In this document: positions 1 through 7,539 of the stretch, piece after piece | How the letters are laid out: each line of letters starts with the position of its first letter | How positions within the stretch are numbered: position 1 is the first letter of the stretch | Virus record (IMG/VR): IMGVR_UViG_3300025704_000016 | Span: 53,569 to 73,568 of that record | Length of the DNA: 20,000 nucleotides | DNA from: an uncultured virus (IMG/VR IMGVR_UViG_3300025704_000016) | Lineage: Duplodnaviria > Heunggongvirae > Uroviricota > Caudoviricetes | Strand: one strand, 5' to 3' | Made by a program: the position numbers and the translations under genes | The notes under the pieces: model-generated | What the model saw: only the letters and a program-made list of their open reading frames with translations | Told to the model about the DNA's origin: nothing | The model's database searches: none

Positions 1-2
1 AT

Positions 3-1469
3 TTAATTAACGAAGCTGAGATCAGAAACACTTGGGCTCCTATCATTGAGGAAGCTACAGGTATTACTGAATCTAACAAGCTTGCATGGATGTCTGAGTA
101 CTGCCACAATCACAAGCTGTACGAAGACGCAAACATTATGGCACTTAACCCAGGTATGAACTTAGCTGGTATGGGCGCAGTATCTTTCCCAGCTAACGGT
201 AGCACAGCTAACGTAGGTGGTTCAGGTGCAAACGGCTCAGGTGACAAAGCTCCAACATTGCTTCCTTTAGCAATGCAGGTTGCTGCTCAAACTATCGGTC
301 TAGACTTAGTACCAGTAGTACCAATGGCAGGTCCAATGGGATTACTTTCTTACTTAGACTACACTTACGAAGGTGGTGTTGCTAACGCTATCGCTAACGG
401 TGCTGACGGTACTGTAGCTCCAACTTACGTAAAAGCTTCAGGTGCTGGAACTGCAGACATCACTGCTACTTCTACAAATGGTGCCTACGAATTCGTAGGA
501 ACTTCAAGAATTGACGGTAAGTCAATCTTTAAAGTAGGTACTATCGTAGATGCAACTGTAGCTGCTGATTTAGAAGCTGCTGGTGCTGATGGTGATTCTG
601 TTGAACTAGTAAAAGCTATGGAAGATCACATCCCAGGATTTACTGGTGATGCTGATTCAGACGGTAACGCTCTTCCTTTCTCAAGAGAAAAAGGTGAGTC
701 AACTAGAGACAAGCTAATGGGCTTAAGCCTATTCAGCAAGTCAGTTGCTGCTGAAACTTTCCAAGTTGCTGCTGGTGTAACTAGAGAGCAAGTACAAGAC
801 CTAAAACAATTCGGTGTTGATGCTGTTGCTCAAGTAGAAGCAGTATTAACTAACGAATTGACTCAGTCTATCAACGACTACATCTTGAAGTCAATGAGAA
901 ATCTTGCAGCTACTAACATAACTGAAAACCCATTCTCAGCTGCTATCGACCTATCTCCAACTACCAACTATGGTGGTGAGACAAGAGGTGAAGCACACAG
1001 AAGAATTTTAACTAACGTTCTTGCTGCTGCTAACTTTATCGCTAACAAAGGTAGAAGAGGTGCTGGTAACTTCGCAGTAGTTGATGCTAAAATCGCTTCA
1101 GCTCTACAAGGTATCGCAGGTTTCGTACCTAACCCAATGGCTAACACGTTCAACCAAGTTGCAGGTGCAATCTACCCAGTAGGTTCTGTAGCAGGTATCA
1201 ACGTTTACACTGACCCTAGACTTCCTTTCAACGGAGGTTACCTAGGTGATTCTGCTGGTACACACAGAATCCTAGTAGGTAGAAAAGGTGACGGTAACTC
1301 AGCTGGTCTAGTATTCATGCCTTACCTAATGGCTGAATCAGTACAAACAATTGCTGAAGGAACTATGGCTCCTAAAGTAGCTGTTAAGTCTAGATTCGCA
1401 TTGGTTGAAGCTGGATTCCACCCAGAAACTCAATACGTTGAGTTCAAAGTTGAAAACGTTGAACTATAA
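3..1469 (+). CDS. gp23: Major capsid protein, T4 gp23-like (5'-truncated; true start lies upstream of the window)
   Basis: The frame is open from base 3 (LINEAEIRNTWAPIIEEATGITESNKLAW) into the 90..1469 ORF, so Met at 90 is internal. gp23-type motifs: DLVPVVPMAGPMG, REQVQDLKQFGVDA, IANKGRRGAGNFAVVD, GINVYTDP, AGLVFMPY, PKVAVKSRFAL. Confidence 0.95.
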   Translation, partial: LINEAEIRNTWAPIIEEATGITESNKLAWMSEYCHNHKLYEDANIMALNPGMNLAGMGAVSFPANGSTANVGGSGANGSGDKAPTLLPLAMQVAAQTIGLDLVPVVPMAGPMGLLSYLDYTYEGGVANAIANGADGTVAPTYVKASGAGTADITATSTNGAYEFVGTSRIDGKSIFKVGTIVDATVAADLEAAGADGDSVELVKAMEDHIPGFTGDADSDGNALPFSREKGESTRDKLMGLSLFSKSVAAETFQVAAGVTREQVQDLKQFGVDAVAQVEAVLTNELTQSINDYILKSMRNLAATNITENPFSAAIDLSPTTNYGGETRGEAHRRILTNVLAAANFIANKGRRGAGNFAVVDAKIASALQGIAGFVPNPMANTFNQVAGAIYPVGSVAGINVYTDPRLPFNGGYLGDSAGTHRILVGRKGDGNSAGLVFMPYLMAESVQTIAEGTMAPKVAVKSRFALVEAGFHPETQYVEFKVENVEL

Positions 1470-1498
1470 TCTTTAACTAGATAACACGTTTATATAAG

Positions 1499-1527
1499 AG
1501 AGGCTCTCATTTGAGGGCCTCTTTTTT
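1499..1527 (+). terminator. Rho-independent terminator after the capsid gene
   Basis: AGAGGCTCTCA-TT-TGAGGGCCTCT stem (one G:U pair) running into TTTTTT, about 30 nt after the stop codon. Confidence 0.9.
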
Positions 1528-1541
1528 GTTTATAGAAGTCT

Positions 1542-1549
1542 GATATATA
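1542..1549 (+). promoter_or_regulatory. Putative phage late promoter GATATATA (copy 1)
   Basis: Exact 8-mer also found at 7508, 9485, 12019, 15009 and 17147, each 27-43 nt upstream of a start codon. Resembles the T4 late promoter TATAAATA. Confidence 0.75.
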
Positions 1550-1577
1550 GTCTATAGCTACTTAAAAAATACAAGTT

Positions 1578-3398
1578 ATGATGAAATTTAAAACTAGAAT
1601 AAAAATGTTTGAAGACTTTGAGGCTACTAAAGTGGATCAAAGTGTTTCTACTAATGCTACAGTAAAAAAAGAAACTACTGAAGTTACAGTAGATGCTAAA
1701 CCAAGTAATTCAGATACTTCAAGATCTGAAATTATTCAAGATGTAGACAATATCATTGATAATCTAGCAAAGCTTTCAGATAGAATGGAAGAAGAGATCA
1801 TGATAGAAGTTGACTCCATTATTGAAGAGGCTCTTCTACAACCTATTTACGAGAATAAGTTTTTTGAAGAGATGATGAAGACTTTTAAGTCTATGAAAAG
1901 CTTTGCAAAGCTAACTGTAGCTTGGCCAAAAATATATAAGTCTCAATTGAAACAGGAACTTGCTAATCTTGAAGCAGAAACTCAATTTGGGGCACAAAAA
2001 AATGAGAAGATTGACCAGCTACTTAAAAAAGTTGAAGCTAAGTTTGACGCTAAGAAGGCTAAAGTCAAAGATTTAGATATTCCTGGTGAAAAGAAAAGAG
2101 AGCAAAGAGCTCAAATTGATGCAGCTTTCTCAGAACAGAAGGACGCTATTAAAGCAAAAATATCTAAGAAGTTAGATGCTCAACTTGAACAGGTTAAAGC
2201 AAAGGGTGCTAAAAAATTACAAGACATTCAAGCAAAACTTAGTGATTTTGAAAACTCTAATAAAATTGAAGCAGAACTAGTCAATAAAAGATGGACTACA
2301 AACAAAGGCGATATAAAAGCCGATTTGGATCAAAAACATATCATGGACAAAACTGAAGTTCAGCTTAAGTATGATGATTCAGATAATCCTGACTATGCTA
2401 AAAAATTAAAAGAAAGAGCTGCTAAAGAAGCTGCAGAAGAGAATAAGAAGGCTCAAGAGAAGAACGCAGAAAGAGAAGCAGAATTTAAAGAATTAGAGGC
2501 GGAATCAGCAAAAAGAGCGGAGGCTGGTTCAGAAAAAGAGAAGGAAGCTAATGCAAAGCTAAAAGCACTCTATTCTACGTCTAACGTTCTTATCAACGCA
2601 CTTAAAGGTGCTGATGCTGAAGATCCATCTGATGATCAAGTAGAGGCTATTAAGAAAGCAAAGAAAGACTATAATGCCGCTAAAGGTGCAATCTCAGCCA
2701 ATACATTCATTGACGGTGGTGTTGCTAAAGAAGAAACAGAAGCACAAGGTATTTTAGACGATATTACTGGTAGTATTGAAAGTGCTCTAGACGAATATAG
2801 TGATAAAATGGCACTTGCAGATTCTAAGAAGACTAAATCTGAAGAAGCTATTGAAGCTGCAGAAACTGCAGTGGATGATGCTAAAAATGAACTAGACCTA
2901 GTTAAGGATAACGGTAGTGAAGAAGACATTAAAGCAGCTCAAGAAAAACTATGGACTGCACAAATAGCAGAACAAAAAGCTAGAAAAGCTCAAGCTGAAG
3001 CTGGTGGTGAAGATGTCTCTAAATTCGATGCTAAAATCAAAGAATTAGAAGATAATATTAAAGGTGGTTCGGGTGAATCAAAAGACGATGAATCAAAAGA
3101 ACCTACCCAAGAAGAACTTGACGCAGCAGACAAAGGTGTTTCAGATGCTAAAGCATCATATGATGAAGTTAAAGATGGTGATGATGAAAAAGCTAAGCTT
3201 CAGGCCGAAATTAAAGTTAAACAGGCTCAACAGAAGAGAGCAAAACTTAAAGACAATGATGAACTTTACCAAGGCTTAGTGGATGATATTGGTGAGCTGA
3301 TGAAGAAGATACAAGCTCTAGGTGAATCTTTAGATATTAAAGAAAAACCTGCATTCAAATCAGCATCCATTACCGATAAATTCAGAGTTTTAATGTAA
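1578..3398 (+). CDS. Highly charged coiled-coil protein, probable internal head / virion protein
   Basis: 606 aa rich in K/E/A/D. N-terminal IKMFEDF resembles the T4 capsid-targeting sequence MKTYQEF. Follows gp23 with its own GATATATA motif. Two imperfect C-terminal helical repeats. The CDS is solid; the function is inferred. Confidence 0.6.
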   Translation: MMKFKTRIKMFEDFEATKVDQSVSTNATVKKETTEVTVDAKPSNSDTSRSEIIQDVDNIIDNLAKLSDRMEEEIMIEVDSIIEEALLQPIYENKFFEEMMKTFKSMKSFAKLTVAWPKIYKSQLKQELANLEAETQFGAQKNEKIDQLLKKVEAKFDAKKAKVKDLDIPGEKKREQRAQIDAAFSEQKDAIKAKISKKLDAQLEQVKAKGAKKLQDIQAKLSDFENSNKIEAELVNKRWTTNKGDIKADLDQKHIMDKTEVQLKYDDSDNPDYAKKLKERAAKEAAEENKKAQEKNAEREAEFKELEAESAKRAEAGSEKEKEANAKLKALYSTSNVLINALKGADAEDPSDDQVEAIKKAKKDYNAAKGAISANTFIDGGVAKEETEAQGILDDITGSIESALDEYSDKMALADSKKTKSEEAIEAAETAVDDAKNELDLVKDNGSEEDIKAAQEKLWTAQIAEQKARKAQAEAGGEDVSKFDAKIKELEDNIKGGSGESKDDESKEPTQEELDAADKGVSDAKASYDEVKDGDDEKAKLQAEIKVKQAQQKRAKLKDNDELYQGLVDDIGELMKKIQALGESLDIKEKPAFKSASITDKFRVLM

Positions 3399-3908
3399 TC
3401 AAAGACGACGCTTAGCATTCTTCTTTGCAAGATCTAGGAACTCCTGTCTCTCATTGAGCAGGAGTTCTTTACATTTACGGCGAAACTCAATTGAACTCTT
3501 AAGAATCCTGCTGTCGACCATTGGAGCCTTTAAGACATCATGGTATTCTGGGTGGACAAAGTTCTCAAGATCAAAATTCATAAACTTAGACTTGATTGGT
3601 TTGCCGCTGATGGCACATAACCAATTAACTGTGTTGACACTCTCTTTAAACGTGTTAATGTCCACAGGGCGCTCAGATTGCCAATCAAAGTATGTTTTGT
3701 ATGCAGTACTATCCTTTGTGCTGACTTTCTGCATTCTAAGGACGCAGTGAATAAACTGGTCATCACCAGACCACTTCTTGATATGACGGTTTTCAACCAA
3801 GAATCTACGGTGCTTTTTCTGAAGAGGCTTCAGTTTAATACCATATCGGTTGATTGGATAACTACCACCGGTTCTCTCAATTCTAATGTCAGCGTAAGAT
3901 CTAGCCAT
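3399..3908 (-). CDS. Hypothetical basic protein (169 aa), only convincing minus-strand gene
   Basis: Exactly fills the gap between flanking + genes. ATG start, K/R-rich. Its TGA stop abuts the TAA of the 1578..3398 gene. Confidence 0.75.
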   Translation of the reverse strand: MARSYADIRIERTGGSYPINRYGIKLKPLQKKHRRFLVENRHIKKWSGDDQFIHCVLRMQKVSTKDSTAYKTYFDWQSERPVDINTFKESVNTVNWLCAISGKPIKSKFMNFDLENFVHPEYHDVLKAPMVDSRILKSSIEFRRKCKELLLNERQEFLDLAKKNAKRRL

Positions 3909-3914
3909 ATATAC

Positions 3915-3922
3915 TATCTATC
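3915..3922 (-). promoter_or_regulatory. Late-promoter variant GATAGATA, 6 nt before the ATG of the minus-strand gene
   Basis: Minus strand reads GATAGATA-GTATAT-ATG, a 7/8 match to GATATATA. Confidence 0.45.
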
Positions 3923-3924
3923 AG

Positions 3925-3949
3925 TGAAACTAAGAGGCCAGCTTTCATA
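3925..3949 (+). promoter_or_regulatory. Putative bipartite promoter TGAAAC-N15-CATA upstream of gp44
   Basis: TGAAAC 3925-3930, 15-nt spacer, CATA 3946-3949. Same elements and spacing at 15653-15677. Confidence 0.5.
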
Positions 3950-3970
3950 TAAGATACAAAAGTAACTTAT

Positions 3971-4927
3971 ATGCAGTCAATAAACCAGCTCTTCACAGAG
4001 AAGTATCGTCCAAAAGATTTAAGCGAGTTGATCTTACCAGATCGTGTAATGAATAAGTTTAAAGATGGCCTAGTTCAGAATATGCTGTTTGCAGGCAGTC
4101 CTGGAACTGGTAAAACATCAGCAGCTAAAGCAATCGTCAATCAATTTGAATTGCCTTATCTCTATATTAACGCATCAACAGATACTTCGGTTGACGTGAT
4201 TAGAACTAGAATCACTGACTTCTGTTCAACGGTTTCAATTATGGACAAACCGGGCAGCTTTAAAGTTGTAATCCTAGATGAGGTTGACGGTGTATCGGAT
4301 CAGTTCTTTAAAGCACTGCGTGCAACAATGGAGATATTTGCAAGTAACAGCCGCTTTATTGCAACATGTAACTACATCAATAAATTACCAGATCCAATCT
4401 TAAGCAGATTTGAAGTAATTAACTTTGACTTTGACAAGGAAGAAGAGGCTGAATTGACTAAGAAATATATCAAGCGTGTTTATAATATCTGTAACCAAGA
4501 AGAGATGACAATTGAAAAACCAGCATTAGTTGAGTTTGTACGTCGTAACTTCCCAGATCTAAGAAGCACCTTGAATAAGCTACAGGGCTATAAAACACAA
4601 GGTACAAACCATATTACTGAAGCAGAAGTTAAACGCTTCAACTCAGTCTATAAAGATGTTTTTGATCTAATCTTTAACGAGACAGATCCAGCTAAGAACT
4701 ATCAGCTCTTGGTAAGCAATTACGCTTCAAAGACAGATGACATCTTACAGACACTAGGCGATGACTTTGTCGAATATATAAAACAAGAAAGATCTCAAAG
4801 CGTAAAACATATACCACAGATCATTATTACAGTGGCTAAGCACCAAGCACAAAGAGTCCATGTAATCGATCCTGTTGTAACCATGTTAAGCTGTGTATAT
4901 GAGATCCAGACTATTGTAAGAGAATAA
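3971..4927 (+). CDS. gp44: Sliding clamp loader ATPase subunit (T4 gp44 / RFC small subunit-like AAA+)
   Basis: EKYRP motif, Walker A GSPGTGKT, Walker B VILDEVD, sensor RFIATCN, arginine finger LSRF, FPDLR. Confidence 0.95.
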   Translation: MQSINQLFTEKYRPKDLSELILPDRVMNKFKDGLVQNMLFAGSPGTGKTSAAKAIVNQFELPYLYINASTDTSVDVIRTRITDFCSTVSIMDKPGSFKVVILDEVDGVSDQFFKALRATMEIFASNSRFIATCNYINKLPDPILSRFEVINFDFDKEEEAELTKKYIKRVYNICNQEEMTIEKPALVEFVRRNFPDLRSTLNKLQGYKTQGTNHITEAEVKRFNSVYKDVFDLIFNETDPAKNYQLLVSNYASKTDDILQTLGDDFVEYIKQERSQSVKHIPQIIITVAKHQAQRVHVIDPVVTMLSCVYEIQTIVRE

Positions 4928-4970
4928 CAAGATTTTTGTAAAATAATTTTTCAGTGTCAAATATTTTTAT

Positions 4971-4978
4971 TATATTTG
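4971..4978 (+). promoter_or_regulatory. Bacteroidota-type housekeeping promoter -7 element TAnnTTTG
   Basis: TATATTTG within the AT-rich intergenic TTTTTATTATATTTGTA, 23 nt before ATG 5002. The -33 element is only approximate (TTTC at 4949-4952). Confidence 0.65.
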
Positions 4979-5001
4979 TACTGTACGTAAAAGATAACAA
5001 T

Positions 5002-6276
5002 ATGAAGGTGGGAAAACATACACTATTAATAGACGGCAACTACTTTGTCTTTAGCCGCCTTTTTGTTCTGCCTAAACCTAAGAGCGGTATGCTTCTAGGT
5101 GATGATAAACAAAAAGCACAGTTTATGCGTAAACTGTCAATTGACTTTGCATCTGAGATGCGCAAGCTTAAATGTTTTGTGGATGACGTTGTCATTGCAG
5201 TTGACTCTAAGTCTTGGCGTAAAGACCTATACCCAGAAGCAGAATACAAAGGTACTAGAAAACAAAAGAGTGATGTAGACTGGACTGCAGTTTACTCAAT
5301 TTATGAAGAATTCCAAAAGATCATGCAAGAGCATGGTGTAACAGTACATCAGATCAGCGGTGCTGAAGCAGATGATGTTCTCTTTGGTTGGTCAACAATG
5401 CTGAACGATCGCGGCAAAAGCTGTATCGTTTGGACTGGTGACCGTGACTTAATCCAATTAGTTAATCATTCAACTGCAAACGACGCACATACAATCTGGT
5501 ACTATAACACTAAGAGAACTCTGTATGCATATCCTGGTTTTGTTGAAGACATGGAAAAGTCTGCAGCACAGAAAATGGATAGAGACGACATGTTATTCAA
5601 CATGGGCGGTCAGCATATGCTTAGAGACGACTATCAGACTAGAATCTTAGACTGGGTAAAAGAAAATAAAGTTACAATTGAAGAAGTTGACTGTGATCGT
5701 TTTATCTTTACTAAGATGCTTGTAGGTGACAAGTCGGATAACATCCAGTCAGTTGTGACTTGGCAGAAAGAGATGAAGAATGGTAAGTTGAGAACTTACT
5801 CAATTACTGATAAAATGGCTGATAAGATCTACGATCAGTTTACAAAAGAACATGCAGATTTTACAATTGACTATCTTTTTTCTACAGAGCACAAAGACGC
5901 ATTATCCGATATTATCTACAGAGTTGTCGGCCACAGTAATACAAACTTGATTAAGGCTAGTCTGACTAAGAATATTGCGTTAATGCTACTACACACTAGA
6001 ACTATCCCAGATGCAATTCAAAAAGCTATCTTTGCAGCTATTGAAACTGACTGGGAAGGTGCTTTAAATAACGTGGAAACACTGCTTGAGATGGATAAGA
6101 TCTTAGCAGGTACCGATTGGCTAGAGAAGAAGCATAACGCTGGCCCAGATGCATTTGCAGGTATGGACATTCCAGAAGAAGAGCCGGTAAAGCCAATGAA
6201 ACTGGTCGGTAAAAAGAGCACGGACAGAGAAACAAAAACAACACCTAAGACTAAAAACTTAAACAACTTATTCTAA
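5002..6276 (+). CDS. rnh: RNase H / 5'-3' flap exonuclease (T4 rnh, FEN/PIN-like fold)
   Basis: LLIDGN, DSKSWRKDLYP-EYKGTR, GAEADD, TGDRDLIQL, GDKSDNI acidic motifs. Start moved from GTG 4954 to ATG 5002 because the extension overlaps the promoter and is not protein-like. Confidence 0.92.
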   Translation: MKVGKHTLLIDGNYFVFSRLFVLPKPKSGMLLGDDKQKAQFMRKLSIDFASEMRKLKCFVDDVVIAVDSKSWRKDLYPEAEYKGTRKQKSDVDWTAVYSIYEEFQKIMQEHGVTVHQISGAEADDVLFGWSTMLNDRGKSCIVWTGDRDLIQLVNHSTANDAHTIWYYNTKRTLYAYPGFVEDMEKSAAQKMDRDDMLFNMGGQHMLRDDYQTRILDWVKENKVTIEEVDCDRFIFTKMLVGDKSDNIQSVVTWQKEMKNGKLRTYSITDKMADKIYDQFTKEHADFTIDYLFSTEHKDALSDIIYRVVGHSNTNLIKASLTKNIALMLLHTRTIPDAIQKAIFAAIETDWEGALNNVETLLEMDKILAGTDWLEKKHNAGPDAFAGMDIPEEEPVKPMKLVGKKSTDRETKTTPKTKNLNNLF

Positions 6277-6452
6277 TGCATACTTTACAAGAAGAGATTA
6301 CGATACAAGAGATTTTATCCGAAGCTAATGCTCATGGTTTAAGACTGGAAGTCAAAGAGAGTGCTGAAAAAATATGGAAAGAACGCCCATCCGACACAGA
6401 ATTTACTTTACTGGATGCTTACCATTTAGCATTTTTAGACTGGATAAAATAA
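6276..6452 (+). CDS. Small hypothetical protein (58 aa), not in ORF track
   Basis: MHTLQEEITIQEILSEANAHGLRLEVKESAEKIWKERPSDTEFTLLDAYHLAFLDWIK*. TAATG overlap with the rnh stop, and it ends 1 nt before the next ATG, filling the gap exactly. Confidence 0.85.
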   Translation: MHTLQEEITIQEILSEANAHGLRLEVKESAEKIWKERPSDTEFTLLDAYHLAFLDWIK

Positions 6453-6453
6453 T

Positions 6454-6882
6454 ATGTTAGACGAAACTAAACTATTTGACTTCGTAAAGATCATGTTTAC
6501 GAAGCGAGATCAATTTTATAAAATTAAGAACCACAACAAGAAGCGCCATCACTTTATGATTAATCGCTTCTTTGCTATTAAGTTCCCAAGTAACGCTAAT
6601 CTCTTTAATCACAACGGGATCAACGGAGCTGCAGTTGTAGAATCATGGAGCATGGTCGCTATGCGATTTAAGTCTGTGCCCGGCTGGTGGTACACTAAAA
6701 CTAAAAAGGCTAAGACCACAGCCAAGGATAAATATATTCCAAGCGAAGGTGCCGTTAGAATCTATATGGAGAAGAATGAAATTGGCAACAGAGAGTTTAA
6801 AGAACTTGAGCAGTTTGCCAAAGAAAGTCTATACGCCGACTTAAAAAAGATTGAAGAGCAGGTTGATGTTTACTCAAAATAA
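6454..6882 (+). CDS. gp62: Probable clamp loader small subunit (T4 gp62-like)
   Basis: 142 aa. LFDFVK, FMINRFFA...AN.FN and W.TKTKK resemble the FMINR.LS...ANEMN...KWAKK pattern of gp62-like proteins, and it lies near gp44. Remote similarity judged by eye. Confidence 0.55.
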   Translation: MLDETKLFDFVKIMFTKRDQFYKIKNHNKKRHHFMINRFFAIKFPSNANLFNHNGINGAAVVESWSMVAMRFKSVPGWWYTKTKKAKTTAKDKYIPSEGAVRIYMEKNEIGNREFKELEQFAKESLYADLKKIEEQVDVYSK

Positions 6883-7516
6883 AGATACATTTTCAGAGAT
6901 AATAGACATCACACTCTATAAGTATAACTCTATTGATCTAAAGATCTGGGGCATCCTCACGCGCCATTATAATTCTAGGAAACTAACAGACGATTCGGTC
7001 TTAATCTCATTTAGTGACCTTAACGTAATAATCAATAGCTATTTCCATAATGACCTAAACCGGATAGATTCTATCGGTGACTCTTTAATGCACAAAGAAG
7101 CCACTTCAATCTATTTTATCAAGAAGATCTTCGACAACATGGAAAACATACGCTGGGTAAAGATTACTCTCAACAAGAATATGAACTATAAGCGTGTTGT
7201 TGAAATCGATCAGATGAAGACTATTAAATTCAGCATTAAAACACTAAGAGGTACTTTTAGACTATTTGAACACTTCAATGAACATCAGATCTATGTTTTA
7301 AATAAGATATTAATCAAAATGGGCGTCTTTAAACGAGGTGAACATTTTGTAGTGATTAAGACCCAAGATCTTTTAAACCGAATTGACAACTACTTAAACG
7401 AAAACAATACAAACGAGATCTTCACACTCTTAAACGCAATTATACATTATTTTGAAGTATATGAGGTTGATAACCCAGAAATACTCTTAATCACCGATAT
7501 TGAGTCTGATATATAA
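6866..7516 (+). CDS. Hypothetical protein (~216 aa)
   Basis: Long ORF overlapping the upstream stop. ATG 6866 preferred to TTG 6851. No recognised motif. Confidence 0.75.
   Translation: MFTQNKDTFSEIIDITLYKYNSIDLKIWGILTRHYNSRKLTDDSVLISFSDLNVIINSYFHNDLNRIDSIGDSLMHKEATSIYFIKKIFDNMENIRWVKITLNKNMNYKRVVEIDQMKTIKFSIKTLRGTFRLFEHFNEHQIYVLNKILIKMGVFKRGEHFVVIKTQDLLNRIDNYLNENNTNEIFTLLNAIIHYFEVYEVDNPEILLITDIESDI
7508..7515 (+). promoter_or_regulatory. Putative late promoter GATATATA (copy 2)
   Basis: Overlaps the upstream stop codon. Shares AGTCTGATATATA with copy 1 and GATATATAAACAAA with copy 4. Confidence 0.75.
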
Positions 7517-7539
7517 ACAAAATACAGACTTAAGCCTCA

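Noticed and set aside
4399..4411. SRF in place of the SRC motif in the clamp loader
   Set aside because: The arginine finger is retained; a single substitution is not evidence of altered function.
4954..5001. ORF-track GTG start for rnh (and likewise TTG 6851, TTG 16807 and ATG 90)
   Set aside because: The 4954 extension spans the promoter and is not protein-like. 6851 has a better ATG 15 nt later. 16807 is only the first possible codon in that frame. 90 is internal to a frame open from the window edge.
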